Assembly: GCA_963665295.1 (NCBI GenBank)
Contig: OY762209.1
Coordinates: 864,001 to 928,000 of the forward strand
Source of the DNA: Syntrophorhabdaceae bacterium
Lineage (GTDB): Bacteria > Desulfobacterota > Syntrophorhabdia > Syntrophorhabdales > Syntrophorhabdaceae
Direction of reading: 5' to 3'
DNA length: 64,000 bases
Both the position numbers and the translations under genes were made by a program. The notes under the pieces are model-generated. The model made no database searches, had not been told where the DNA came from, and saw only the letters and a list, made by a program, of their open reading frames with translations. Numbering within the stretch: the stretch's first letter is position 1; every line of letters starts with the position of its first letter. Shown here one piece after another: positions 48,095 to 58,521 of the stretch.

Positions 48095-50836
48095 GTGTAT
48101 ACAGTGGAAGATGGGAATAAGACAGGGAACAAACGCGCCTTCCGGCACCTTCCAGAAGACTCCGTGGAAAACCTTGAAGAGCGAAGACAGATGGAAGAAG
48201 GCCCGGAAGATAGGGAGGAATCCCTCCTGGCCCTTATCAACGCAACCCAGGAATCCCTCATGCTCATCGACAGGGAAGGCACCGTGCTCAGGGTCAACGA
48301 AATCGGAGCCCGAAGGCTGGGCATGAATCCGGAAGATCTCACCGGCGCCTGCCTCTACGACCACCTGCCGGAAGATGTATGGAGGGTGAGAAAGGGGCAG
48401 TTCGACACGGTGATCGCTACCGGGACCTTGGTCCGCTTCGTGGACCACAGGGCGGGCAGGTTCTACGAAACCTATGCCTATCCCGTATCCAATCGTGAAG
48501 GTCGGGCGACAAGGCTGGCCATCTTCGCATGCGATGTTACGGACCGCATAATCTCGGACCGGATGGTGAAAGAAAGCGAGCGGAAATACAGGGAGTTCGT
48601 TGACCTCCTGCCCCAGACCGTCTCCGAATTCGGCCTCGACGGCACCTATACCTTCGTCAACCTCAAGGGATATGAAGCCTTCGGCTACTCGAAGGATGAC
48701 CTCAATAAGGGCGTAACCATCTTCGATACCCTCGCCCCTGAAGACCACGAGAAAGCCCGGACCAATATGGCGAGGCGATTGCGAGGGGAGGTATTCGGGT
48801 CCACTGAATACACCATGATGAGGAAGAACGGTACCACATTCCCCGCTCTCATCCATACCAGTCCCGTTATGAGAGAGACGAAAGCCGTGGGCATGAGAAC
48901 CGTGGTGGTCGATATCACGGAACAGCGCCGGGCCGAGGAGGCGCTGAAAGAAAGTGAAGAGAGGTACCGCAGTATTTTCGAGAATGCGGTTCTGGGCATC
49001 TTCCAGTCTTCTCCCGATGGACGCCTCATAAGGGTGAACGCGGCTTTCGCGGCCATGCACGGCTACGCAAGCCCCGAAGAGATGATCGCGGCCACCACCG
49101 ATATTGCGGAACAGCATTACGTGGAACCGGAGGAACGGACGAGATTTCAGAGGCTTCTTCAGGAACAGGGCATCGTCAAGTTCTTCGAGGCCCAATTCTT
49201 CCGCGCCGACGGAAGCAAGGTATGGCTCCTCATGAATGCCCGGGCTGTAGCCGGTCCGGATGGGAATATGCTCTATTATGAGGGCACCAGCGAGGAAATC
49301 ACGGATCGCAGGGAAGGGGAGAGCGCCCTGAGGGAAAGCGAGGAGCGCTATCGCACGGTAATCGAGAATTCCAATGACGGCATCGCCATATTGAGCGGGG
49401 AAAACCATGTCTATGTAAACGGAAAATTCGTCGCCATCTTCGGATATGACGGGCCCGGGGACTTCATCGGCAAACCCATCTCCATAGCGTGTCATCCCGA
49501 CGACCTTGAAAGGGTAATGGAGAATAATATGCGGAGGCAAAGGGGAGAAGACCTTCCTTCGCGATATGAATTCAAGGGCATAAGGAAAGATGGCGTTTCC
49601 ATCTATGTGGAGGTCTCCGTTGCAAGGACAACCCATTCGGGACGTCCCGTATCCCTGGTCTTTCTGAGGGACGTTACGGAACGGAAGAACCTCGAATCCC
49701 AGGTCCGTCAGGCTCACAAGATGGAGGCCATCGGGCAGCTTGCGGGGGGCATCGCCCACGATTTCAACAACATCCTCACCGCCCTCATCGGCTTCGGCAG
49801 CCTTCTTCAGATGAAGATGGAAGAGAGTCACCCCCTGAGGTTCTATGTGAATCAGATTCTCGCAACCTCCCAGAAAGCGGCGAACCTTACCCAGAGCCTG
49901 CTTGCATTCAGCAGGAAGCAGGCCATCGAGCTCAGGCCACACAACGTAAACACGATCATTGCAAATATCGAGAACCTTCTGAGGAGACTGCTCAGTGAAG
50001 ATATCGACCTCAATATCAACCTCACCGCGAACCCCGTCACGATTATGGCGGACATCACCCAGGTGGAACAGGTCGTCCTTAATCTCGTCACCAATGCGCG
50101 GGACGCTATGCCGAAGGGAGGGAAGCTTCTCATAGAGACATCCCCGGTCGTGCTGGACCAGGAGTTCAGGCGGGCATACCAGTTCGGCAAGCCCGGTTCG
50201 TACGTGCTCATCTCGGTAAGAGATACGGGGAGCGGTATGGACGAGAAGACAATAGAAAAGATCTTCGAGCCCTTTTTTACCACAAAAGACGTGGGAAGGG
50301 GAACAGGCCTCGGCCTCTCCATAGTATACGGGATCGTCAAACAGCATAACGGTTACATCACCGTCTCCAGCGAGCCCGGCTCGGGGACGACATTCCTCGT
50401 ATATCTCCCCCTCACCAGGACCGGCACAACGGAGGCCGGGATCGTCCACGCCGATACAAGGGGCGGCAAGGAAACGGTCCTGGTCGCGGAAGACAACGAG
50501 GAAGCGCGCCATCTCGTGAAAGAGATCCTTTCGCAATCCGGGTATACCGTCATAGAGGCCGTTGACGGCGAGGATGCGATCCAGGCATTCACACGGCATA
50601 AGGAGACGGTTTCCCTCCTCCTTCTCGACGTGGTCATGCCCAAAAAGAACGGCAAGGAGGTGTACGAGGCGATAGAAAAGATGAGGCCCGGCATAAAGAC
50701 CATCTTCATGAGTGGTTACACGGGCGACGTGGTCCTTGAAAAGGGGATTCAGGACAAGACGGTCGAATTTGTCGCAAAGCCCACCCCTATAGGAGAATTG
50801 TTGCTGAAGGTAAGACATGTGCTCGACAGCCGCTGA
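48095..50836 (+). CDS. Multi-PAS hybrid sensor histidine kinase with receiver domain
   Basis: Four PAS repeats; AGGIAHDFNN, NARDAM, DTGSGM, FEPFFTTK..G.GTGLGL; receiver LLDVVMP. Start uncertain. Confidence 0.93.
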   Translation: MYTVEDGNKTGNKRAFRHLPEDSVENLEERRQMEEGPEDREESLLALINATQESLMLIDREGTVLRVNEIGARRLGMNPEDLTGACLYDHLPEDVWRVRKGQFDTVIATGTLVRFVDHRAGRFYETYAYPVSNREGRATRLAIFACDVTDRIISDRMVKESERKYREFVDLLPQTVSEFGLDGTYTFVNLKGYEAFGYSKDDLNKGVTIFDTLAPEDHEKARTNMARRLRGEVFGSTEYTMMRKNGTTFPALIHTSPVMRETKAVGMRTVVVDITEQRRAEEALKESEERYRSIFENAVLGIFQSSPDGRLIRVNAAFAAMHGYASPEEMIAATTDIAEQHYVEPEERTRFQRLLQEQGIVKFFEAQFFRADGSKVWLLMNARAVAGPDGNMLYYEGTSEEITDRREGESALRESEERYRTVIENSNDGIAILSGENHVYVNGKFVAIFGYDGPGDFIGKPISIACHPDDLERVMENNMRRQRGEDLPSRYEFKGIRKDGVSIYVEVSVARTTHSGRPVSLVFLRDVTERKNLESQVRQAHKMEAIGQLAGGIAHDFNNILTALIGFGSLLQMKMEESHPLRFYVNQILATSQKAANLTQSLLAFSRKQAIELRPHNVNTIIANIENLLRRLLSEDIDLNINLTANPVTIMADITQVEQVVLNLVTNARDAMPKGGKLLIETSPVVLDQEFRRAYQFGKPGSYVLISVRDTGSGMDEKTIEKIFEPFFTTKDVGRGTGLGLSIVYGIVKQHNGYITVSSEPGSGTTFLVYLPLTRTGTTEAGIVHADTRGGKETVLVAEDNEEARHLVKEILSQSGYTVIEAVDGEDAIQAFTRHKETVSLLLLDVVMPKKNGKEVYEAIEKMRPGIKTIFMSGYTGDVVLEKGIQDKTVEFVAKPTPIGELLLKVRHVLDSR

Positions 50837-51212
50837 AAAGATGTGAAGATACAGGTAAATAGAGGTCTCTGGCCATACTTTTCAACATAATTTGTTGATA
50901 AGTTGTGGAGAAGTTGTGGAGCATGGAGCCTAACTTTCTGATTTTACGGGAAAGAGCGCCTTTTGCTCTATCATGCAGCAAACTTGCGATGCCTGTTATT
51001 TCAGTTGGTTACGAGTCCCTCGCCCGCGCCGCTTCATTGAAGGAATTTCCCTCTCCATGTATTGGGCCACGAGAATTATCCCGTCGTAAGGATTTCCCGA
51101 AGACCCCGCCGCACTTGATTTTTTTGTGCCCCTCTTTTAATATTATGAGAACGGTGTGTCCGGCCCACTCTGAAGACCCCCGTTACCATCGACCGACAAG
51201 GAGATAAAACAG

Positions 51213-51650
51213 ATGAAGCCTCTGGGAGAACTGACAAAAGAAGCACGCACGGACACCATACCTGAGTTCCTCGAATTCGTGTCATCCTGGGCGAAACAGG
51301 CAGGTTACAGCGAAAAGCGGGTCAAGGAAATAGGGTCCGCGGTGACGGAGGCCCTCACGAATATCGCGGAGTTCATTTGCAGAGAAGGGGGTCAGTCCGT
51401 GACCATGCAGTGCGGCGACGACAAGGGAAGAAGGTTCGTCATCGAAATTTTTGACTCCGGAAAGCCCTTCAATATGCTTTTGGAGGCCGACCCGTTCCTT
51501 TCCGGCAATGATCCCTCGGAGAAAAGACCCTCCGTCCGTTTCATGAAGAAGATCGGAGACGTGGAATACAAACGGTTCGAAGGCAAAAACCGCATCGTAA
51601 TCACCACATATCCCGAGTTCAACCTCGTGAAAAACGACTCGCCCGGCTAG
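51213..51650 (+). CDS. Anti-sigma factor / RsbW-like HATPase protein
   Basis: AVTEALTNI, IFDSGKPFN, VEYKRFEGKN; the G2 box looks degenerate. Confidence 0.7.
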   Translation: MKPLGELTKEARTDTIPEFLEFVSSWAKQAGYSEKRVKEIGSAVTEALTNIAEFICREGGQSVTMQCGDDKGRRFVIEIFDSGKPFNMLLEADPFLSGNDPSEKRPSVRFMKKIGDVEYKRFEGKNRIVITTYPEFNLVKNDSPG

Positions 51651-51790
51651 TCCCTGCCTTCTTGCGAAAGAGGCATTCCTGGATCATCCGCAAGGCGACT
51701 CCCCTTTAATGCTGGAAAACCGTTACAGTTTATGGCATCTTAAGGAACGAGGCAGCAGAAATTTGCCTGGCTGCGGGCCTCAGGATATCC

Positions 51791-52606
51791 ATGCGAATCA
51801 TACTGAAAAGTTTCAAGGACTTCTGGCGCGATGACGGGCCCATGCTCGCAGGCGCCGTATCGTGCTTCTTCATGCTCGCCTTCGTTCCCTTCATTCTCCT
51901 CATGGTCTCCCTTCTCGGGTACGTGCTCGGCGAATATGGCGAGCTGCACTCCTTTCTCCTGAGGCTCCTTACCGACCTCTTTCCGAGCGTCACCCACCAG
52001 ATCACCCGCGAGGTGGCGAGCGTCATCGGCAACAAGCAGATCGGACTCGTAACCCTGGCCGTGTACGCCTTCTTCTCCCTGGAGCTGTTCTTCTCCCTTG
52101 AGACGGCAGTGCGGGTGATGTTCGAGGTGAAGACGAAGCGCTCCCTCGTAAAATCCCTGGCCCTCTCCCTCGTTACCGTAACCCTCCTTCTCTCCTTCAC
52201 CCTTGCCTCCTTCGCCGCCGCATGGCTTCTCCATACACTCGAAAGCCTTTCCGGCTTCTTTCCCGGTCTCAAGTTCGGGTGGGTCACCAGCCTGTTTACC
52301 GGCTTCATTGCGCCCATGTTCGTCGTGTTCCTGGTCTCGACCCTTCTCTACCTCGTCCTTCCTTCGCGGAGGGTTTTGACCCATGCCCTGCTCGGGGGCC
52401 TGTTCACCACGGTCCTCCTTGAAGCGGCAAAATTTCTGTTCACCTTCTATATTGCCTGGAGGGTCCTCCGCCTCGGCGCGGTGTACGGGTCCCTCACGGC
52501 AATCGTGGTTTTCCTCCTCTGGATCTTCTACGCGTCCTCCATTTTTCTCATCGGTGCAAAACTGGTGTACAATATGGGTGCGGTGAGGCGGGGTCGCGTT
52601 GCATAG
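51791..52606 (+). CDS. YihY/BrkB family membrane protein
   Basis: DDGPMLAGAVS, LYLVLP, VYGSLTAIVVFLLWIFY..IFLIGA. Confidence 0.9.
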   Translation: MRIILKSFKDFWRDDGPMLAGAVSCFFMLAFVPFILLMVSLLGYVLGEYGELHSFLLRLLTDLFPSVTHQITREVASVIGNKQIGLVTLAVYAFFSLELFFSLETAVRVMFEVKTKRSLVKSLALSLVTVTLLLSFTLASFAAAWLLHTLESLSGFFPGLKFGWVTSLFTGFIAPMFVVFLVSTLLYLVLPSRRVLTHALLGGLFTTVLLEAAKFLFTFYIAWRVLRLGAVYGSLTAIVVFLLWIFYASSIFLIGAKLVYNMGAVRRGRVA

Positions 52607-52725
52607 CCCTTGCGGACGGGCTCCCTCGAGACTTCGACCGGTCCCTTTTTTGAATGTCCGTTGTTTTTAGGGTATTATACAGTAATGATTGCACGACAGC
52701 TAAATGGAAAAGGAAGGAGAGAGCT

Positions 52726-53169
52726 ATGAAGGCGAGTCCTGAAGTCGAGAAAGCGGTGCTGGCGACCTTGATCGAATCCTGGGACGCATACAGGAGGCGG
52801 GAGGTAGACCAGGTGCTCTCCTGTTACACGTCCGACCCCGACCTCGTGGCCATCGGCACAGGGTCCGACGAAAGGTTCCAGGGTCCGGAAAGCCTGAGGG
52901 CGGGTCTTCTCCATGATTTTTCACAAGGGCACGAAACCGCGCTCAAGATCACGTGGTCCTCGGTCTCCGCAGCGGGAAACGTGGCGTGGGTTGCGGCGGA
53001 TTGTATCGCCGAAGTGGAAATGGAGTGCCGCACCGTGCGTGTCGCCGGACGCCTCTCCGCCGTGCTCGAACAGAGGGGAGAGAACTGGTACATCATGCAG
53101 ACCCACTTCTCCCTTCCCGCGGGGAGCGCGCACGCCTCACAAAACGCACCGTGCTCAGGAAGCCGGTAG
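52726..53169 (+). CDS. SnoaL/NTF2-like protein
   Basis: AIGTGSDE, VAWVAAD, RLSAVLE....W.IMQTHFS. Confidence 0.8.
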   Translation: MKASPEVEKAVLATLIESWDAYRRREVDQVLSCYTSDPDLVAIGTGSDERFQGPESLRAGLLHDFSQGHETALKITWSSVSAAGNVAWVAADCIAEVEMECRTVRVAGRLSAVLEQRGENWYIMQTHFSLPAGSAHASQNAPCSGSR

Positions 53170-53181
53170 AGGACACGTTTC

Positions 53182-54312
53182 TCAGAAATGATGGCGGGAT
53201 TTGTCCGCCTGTCTCGGGCTGATACGCCGCCAGGCGCTCGTCTGCCAGTTGTCCCTGCGGCCCGCGGCCGGCGCCCATGGCGGCAGAGGGAGACAGAAAT
53301 AATCGGACAGGGAGTGGATGTAGGGCTCATACATGACGCGCAACTCCTTAAGCTTCTCTTCGAAACCCCCGTCATCTGCCCCGCCGATATAGGGAGGGCG
53401 GGAAAGAATCTCCGTCAAGTGGGCGAGGTCCTTTGGGGGCAGACGCTCTGCGTGAAGGGTCCTCGGCGGCAGGCTGAAGACGATCGCGAGGTCCACCACC
53501 GCATGCCTCGCCATGGCAAAGGTCAACTCGGCCTGGTTCGCGCAGTGTTTCTCAAAGCTCGCCACGAGCAAGGCGCTTGTATCGAGGACCACGGTCAAAG
53601 CGGACAACCACGACTGGTTGTCGTGCTGGGAGCGGAAATAGGCGAGCACGGGATAGGAAAGATGGCTTTCAAGGAGCTCCGCGGCCCAGCGTTCCCAGCT
53701 TAGGAGAAGCTCCCTCAAGTCTTCCGTGCCCCTCCCCCGGGCATGGCGGATCAACATTTCGGCGGCCGTCGGAGGGGAGCCCGCACGGGCGTCAAACATG
53801 GATATACTCGTTTCACGACTCGCGAAGGATTGGTTCAGCACCGGGAGATAGCTGATGATCAGGGCCAGAAAACCGAAACCCAGCCCCGCCTCCATGACGG
53901 TGAGTACCCTCCCCGCAATGCCGTGAGGGGTAACGTCGCCGAGGCCGAGGGTAAAAAAGGTGGTACCGCTATAGTAGATGTTTATAATGATGCCCGCCAC
54001 ACCGTCCCCCGGGCGAGAAGCTGAGTTGAAGGCCCAGTGAAGCAGTCCGAAGCCGAATATGAGGGACACTGCCCAGATCATCATGAGGAAAAGGAGTGAC
54101 AGAGGGCCGTAGATGCCGAGATAGGTCTGGGTCTTCCTTGGCGCCACGAGCCTGTCCACGAGTCCGACCCAACAGAGCCATGTGGTCCGGTAGAAGATCC
54201 GGGTAAGGCGCATCCTCCTGGTCACGCGCCTCGGCGACACCATCGTTTCGAAACCGTCCCAGAGCACGAAAGCAATGATCATGATGCCGGCAACAACGGC
54301 CGTTATATCGAT
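53182..54312 (-). CDS. Potassium channel family (two-TM pore) protein
   Basis: YYSGTTFFTLGLGDVTP filter; ESHLSYPVLAYFRS; start uncertain (see findings). Confidence 0.8.
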   Translation of the reverse strand: MDITAVVAGIMIIAFVLWDGFETMVSPRRVTRRMRLTRIFYRTTWLCWVGLVDRLVAPRKTQTYLGIYGPLSLLFLMMIWAVSLIFGFGLLHWAFNSASRPGDGVAGIIINIYYSGTTFFTLGLGDVTPHGIAGRVLTVMEAGLGFGFLALIISYLPVLNQSFASRETSISMFDARAGSPPTAAEMLIRHARGRGTEDLRELLLSWERWAAELLESHLSYPVLAYFRSQHDNQSWLSALTVVLDTSALLVASFEKHCANQAELTFAMARHAVVDLAIVFSLPPRTLHAERLPPKDLAHLTEILSRPPYIGGADDGGFEEKLKELRVMYEPYIHSLSDYFCLPLPPWAPAAGRRDNWQTSAWRRISPRQADKSRHHF

Positions 54313-54510
54313 AGACCCCTCCCTTGGGGGCGCTCGCCCCAAGGACAATGTATGATGCCCCCTGTGTTTTGTCAACTTCCGGCATCGGGCCCCGGTCCTC
54401 CGGCGCTCATGCGCCTTAAGCAGGCCCCCGCCGGTAGGAGGACCCGTCCTTGACATGCCTTTTTCAGGGCTTATATTGTGAGAGGTAAAAACGCGGGACA
54501 GGAGAGAGTT

Positions 54511-55146
54511 ATGAGACTCTATTGGTTGGTGGGTTTTATCGTCTCCGCGGCCCTTATGCATGTTGCGGGGCCGGATACGGCAGACGGGGCAGGTGAGGTC
54601 GCGGCGCGTCAAGCCCTTGAAAAGGCGACCTTCGCAGGGGGGTGTTTCTGGTGCATGGAACCCGCCTTCGATCACCTGGAAGGCGTAGTATCGGTCACCC
54701 CCGGTTATACGGGAGGGACGAAGAAGAACCCCACCTATGAGGAGGTCTCTTCGGGCGGAACGGGTCATGCGGAATCCGTGCAGATCGTTTATGACCCTTC
54801 GAAGATACGCTATACCGCATTACTCGACGTATTCTGGCACAACGTGGACCCTCTGACCGCGGACAGGCAGTTCTGCGACGTGGGAAACCAGTACAGGTCC
54901 GCCATATTCACCCATAATGAAGGACAGAGAAAGTCTGCCGAGGAGTCCCTGAAAGCCCTGGAGACATCGGACCGCTTCAAGGGGAAGACCATCTACACGC
55001 AGATCAGGCCTGCCTCCGAGTTCTACCCGGCGGAGGAATACCATCAGAAATACTACAAGAAGAACCCTTTGCGATACAATTACTATCGCTTCAGTTGCGG
55101 CAGGGACGAGCGCCTGAAGGAAGTCTGGGGCAAAGCCCCCCACTAG
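54511..55146 (+). CDS. msrA: Peptide methionine sulfoxide reductase A, exported
   Basis: FAGGCFWC, PTYEEV, GHAE, QYRSAIF, AEEYHQ. Confidence 0.95.
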   Translation: MRLYWLVGFIVSAALMHVAGPDTADGAGEVAARQALEKATFAGGCFWCMEPAFDHLEGVVSVTPGYTGGTKKNPTYEEVSSGGTGHAESVQIVYDPSKIRYTALLDVFWHNVDPLTADRQFCDVGNQYRSAIFTHNEGQRKSAEESLKALETSDRFKGKTIYTQIRPASEFYPAEEYHQKYYKKNPLRYNYYRFSCGRDERLKEVWGKAPH

Positions 55147-55341
55147 ACTCCCGTCCGGGCACCCCATAGGGCCGACCCGTACCGCGCTGCCGCAAAACTT
55201 GCGCGGCTCCGGCATAGTTCCGCCCCGGGGCTAAGAGGGACTACCTGCGAATGGCGCTTCGCTTCGGACTTTCAGGAATGATGGGAAGATGACAGGAGAA
55301 AAACGGACAACCTGAGGGTGACTGCCCTGACCTTTTATATA

Positions 55342-55372
55342 AAAAGGGGACCAGAAACCTGCGTCCCCTTTT
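55342..55372 (-). terminator. Terminator downstream of the cold-shock gene
   Basis: AAAAGGGGAC...GTCCCCTTTT stem flanked by A/T runs. Confidence 0.7.
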
Positions 55373-55388
55373 CTCGGTCTCGCGAAAG

Positions 55389-55589
55389 TTAGATTTTTAC
55401 TACGTTTGCCGCGCTCGGACCTTTCGGGCCGCTCACTACGTCGAAGTTGACCTGGTCGCCCTCAGACAGGGTCTTGAAACCCGTGCTCTTAATGGCTGAA
55501 AAATGTACGAATACATCCCCACCGTCTTCCTTCGTGATAAAACCGAAACCTTTTGATTCGTTGAACCACTTTACAGTTCCTTTGGCCAT
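55389..55589 (-). CDS. cspA: Cold-shock protein (CspA family)
   Basis: GTVKWFN..KGFGFI...DVFVHFSAI. Confidence 0.95.
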   Translation of the reverse strand: MAKGTVKWFNESKGFGFITKEDGGDVFVHFSAIKSTGFKTLSEGDQVNFDVVSGPKGPSAANVVKI

Positions 55590-55760
55590 AAAAGTGATGC
55601 CTCCTTTGAAGGGGTATTAGGAGTACGGAACTGTGTTTTTGAAGTATGACAAAAAGTGAATTTTGTTAACTACCAAGAACGACTTCCGAAACTTCCATTT
55701 CTATTATCCCACCTGTTTTTCAAAAAAGCAAGATAAATTTTGTCGTTTTTTTTATTACAA

Positions 55761-56702
55761 TTATTCGCGAATAGTCATGTCGGAAAGGTCGGCGAGAGGG
55801 GATTTCGGCTCGCTCCACCACTCCCTTTCAGCGGCGCTATAGTGGTAGACCGGCATCTCCACGAGCCGGGATATATGCCGCGCCAGGACACTGCGGTGGC
55901 ACTTCGCGGGGTCTTTTTCATAACAGAAAAGCGCCGTGGGCGCACTGCTGCAGATTACCGCGGCCTTGGTGACCGTTCGGTGCGCCTGCGACAGGACTTC
56001 ACTCTCGTAAGCCTGCCAGAGGGCCGACCTGTCTTTGCCCCTGCGCAGGAGCGGAGGGAGCCCCAGTTCCGGGAAATGCACGTACCTGATGCCCAGGTCT
56101 TCGCACCTGAGCTTCAGTTCGCCGGCCGCGAACCCGTACACGGGCGAGAAAGGACTCCGGCGCACATCTATGACATTCGCAAGCTGGTTGCCGAGAAAAC
56201 TGTCGAGTGCGGCATCTATGGAGACCCCTTCATAGCCGAAGGTGTAGACCGAGGGTCTGGCCGCGTCTTGAAGCCGGTCCATCTGCAGAGCGGTTACCGG
56301 CCTGAGCCTCGACGCATACCACGGAAACCTTACAGAGATATGATCGAGTATTTCCTCCTGCGGCTTCCTTCCATGCCTTTTAAGGACCCGGTGGATCGGC
56401 CCCGTTATGTCCGGCGGCAAAGGCGGCCACGAATAGAGGTCTTCTGTTTCCTCGCCCACTACGTCCTGTTTTTCGAACCGTATCAGGGCCATCTTTTCCA
56501 GGTCGCCCAGTTCCTTGCGGAGAAGAAAGGAAAAGGGGCCTAATTTGTAGGGAAAGAAATCATAGAAACTGTCGGAGAGCCTCAGGTGCTCCTCCTCTCT
56601 CAGAAGGAACAGCCAATCGACCAGGTGCAGGTACGGAGCCCTCCTCTCCGGGGTTCTTTCAAGGATGGAAAGGACCACCTTCTGTCGCTCGTTTAACATC
56701 AT
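55761..56702 (-). CDS. DUF488 protein with an N-terminal winged-helix (DUF4065-like) domain
   Basis: YDFFPYKLGPFS; VYTFGYEG, DVRRSP.S, HFPELG, CYEKDPAKCHR. Confidence 0.75.
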   Translation of the reverse strand: MMLNERQKVVLSILERTPERRAPYLHLVDWLFLLREEEHLRLSDSFYDFFPYKLGPFSFLLRKELGDLEKMALIRFEKQDVVGEETEDLYSWPPLPPDITGPIHRVLKRHGRKPQEEILDHISVRFPWYASRLRPVTALQMDRLQDAARPSVYTFGYEGVSIDAALDSFLGNQLANVIDVRRSPFSPVYGFAAGELKLRCEDLGIRYVHFPELGLPPLLRRGKDRSALWQAYESEVLSQAHRTVTKAAVICSSAPTALFCYEKDPAKCHRSVLARHISRLVEMPVYHYSAAEREWWSEPKSPLADLSDMTIRE

Positions 56703-56755
56703 CTTACTCCTTCAACCGGAAATCCGGGGCCTGTCGAACGCAGGGGGAACTGCAG

Positions 56756-58345
56756 TTACACCGCCCGGGAGGGCACTTCGGACCTCCCGCTATCCTGTTG
56801 GGGCGGCAGGACATTGAGGGTGAATCCTTTATCGCGGAAGAGGGTCACGCATGCCGATACGACCTGGGGGTCGTAAAGGATGCCTATATTCTTCTCAATC
56901 TCATCGAGGGCCGCGTCTATCCCGAAGGCCGGCCGGTAGGGACGGTGGGACGCAAGGGCCTCCACCACGTCGGCAACCGCGAGTATCCTTGCCTCCAGCA
57001 GGATCTCGGGGCCCCTAAGCCCCTGGGGATAACCGGAACCGTCCAGCCGCTCGTGGTGCTGCAGGACTGCCTCCGCGATAGGGTAAGGCAGTTCCGCTTC
57101 TTTCAATATCTCATAGCCCGACCTGGGATGAATCTTGAGGAGGCCCATCTCGGTGTCGCTCAGGATGGTGGGCTTGCTCAGGATTTCCGCGGGGATCGAC
57201 ATCTTGCCGATGTCATGGACTATGCCCGCGGTGCGCACATTTTCTATGGTGTGGGTGGGGAGGGCCATTTCGCGGGCGATGAAGGAGGCAAGGCTCGACA
57301 CCTTCTTCTGGTGCCCCGATGTATAGGGGTCCCTCATTTCAACCGCCATGGACATGGCGCTGATGGTGCCCCTCAGGATAGTGCTCAGCCTCTCCATGGT
57401 CTGTCTCAGGTCTTCCTCGGCAAGCTTCCGCGAGCTGATATCCTCTACCGTGCCCTCATAGCAGGTTACCTTTCCCGCCCCATCCTTTCCCGGCCACACG
57501 TTAAGGGAGCCCCAAAGCAAGGTGCCGTCTTTTCTATGTATCTGGGCCTCAAATCCATCGATTGTCTTACCGTCGCCAAGGAGGGTCGCGAAGGTTGCCC
57601 TGCACTCGTCGTCAACGTGGATCTGCTGAAAGAGGTCGGTCACCCGGGCAGTCATCTCGTCAGGCGTGTCGTACCCGCACATGCGGGCCATGGCCGGGTT
57701 GACGCTCAGCGTACGGCTTTCACGCTCCAGCCGGAAGATGCCTTCCGCCGCATTTTCAAAAATGGAGCGGTATTTCCCTTCACTCGCAAGCAAAGACTCC
57801 TCCGCCCGCTTCCGCTCCGCAATCTCCTTTTCGAGATCCACCTTCTTCTCTTCGATCAGAGCGGTCCGTCCCTTCACAATATCCTCGGGACGCTCGCGCC
57901 GGTGTCCCGATTGACCGGCGGCGCTTGCCGTCTCCGTAATGTCCCTTATAAAACTGAGAGATGCCGGAGCATCCCCATATATGATGGGGGACGTGGAAAT
58001 CACCGCCTCGACTTTCGTGCCGTCTTTCTTTATCAACCGGCATTCACAGGCGGGCAGGTTCCCGTCTCCCGCAAGTCCGAGCCCCATATATTCCCTCACC
58101 ATTTCCCGGTAGGCGGAATCTATCTCATGGAATAGCGGTTTGCCCGCAAGTTCGCGGGCATCCCTGTAACCCAGCATCTTCCGGTATCTTTCGTTAAAGT
58201 AGAGGCGGGCATCGCTCCCCTGGACAAGGACACCGTCATTGCAGCGCTCCAGGGCCGCCTTGTAGAGGGCCTCCTGTTCTTCCCTCAGTCTCGTGACCCT
58301 CCGGTATTCGTCCTCCAGTATCTTAAGCCGTGATGGTTCTCGCAA
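56756..58345 (-). CDS. PAS-PAS HD-GYP cyclic dinucleotide phosphodiesterase
   Basis: RDPYTSGH, VHDIGK, HHERLDGSGYP, ADVVEA..SHRPYR; TTG start after GGAGG. Confidence 0.9.
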   Translation of the reverse strand: MREPSRLKILEDEYRRVTRLREEQEALYKAALERCNDGVLVQGSDARLYFNERYRKMLGYRDARELAGKPLFHEIDSAYREMVREYMGLGLAGDGNLPACECRLIKKDGTKVEAVISTSPIIYGDAPASLSFIRDITETASAAGQSGHRRERPEDIVKGRTALIEEKKVDLEKEIAERKRAEESLLASEGKYRSIFENAAEGIFRLERESRTLSVNPAMARMCGYDTPDEMTARVTDLFQQIHVDDECRATFATLLGDGKTIDGFEAQIHRKDGTLLWGSLNVWPGKDGAGKVTCYEGTVEDISSRKLAEEDLRQTMERLSTILRGTISAMSMAVEMRDPYTSGHQKKVSSLASFIAREMALPTHTIENVRTAGIVHDIGKMSIPAEILSKPTILSDTEMGLLKIHPRSGYEILKEAELPYPIAEAVLQHHERLDGSGYPQGLRGPEILLEARILAVADVVEALASHRPYRPAFGIDAALDEIEKNIGILYDPQVVSACVTLFRDKGFTLNVLPPQQDSGRSEVPSRAV

Positions 58346-58521
58346 AGTAACCTCCCTCCCCCAGTTGATAGAAACCAATGGAAACCGTACGACCGCGCTT
58401 CTGACGCGCGCCCTCACGGTCGCGGACCCCTTTTCAGGCCCCGAGCCTATGGAAGATATGTGTGCTCCGGAAAAAATTGTTTATTTGCGGTGAAAGGAAA
58501 CGGGCATTCCCATGACAAGGC

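Noticed and set aside
48017..50818. 933-aa minus-strand ORF
   Set aside because: Antisense shadow of the hybrid kinase; no motifs, and expected from GC-rich codon bias.
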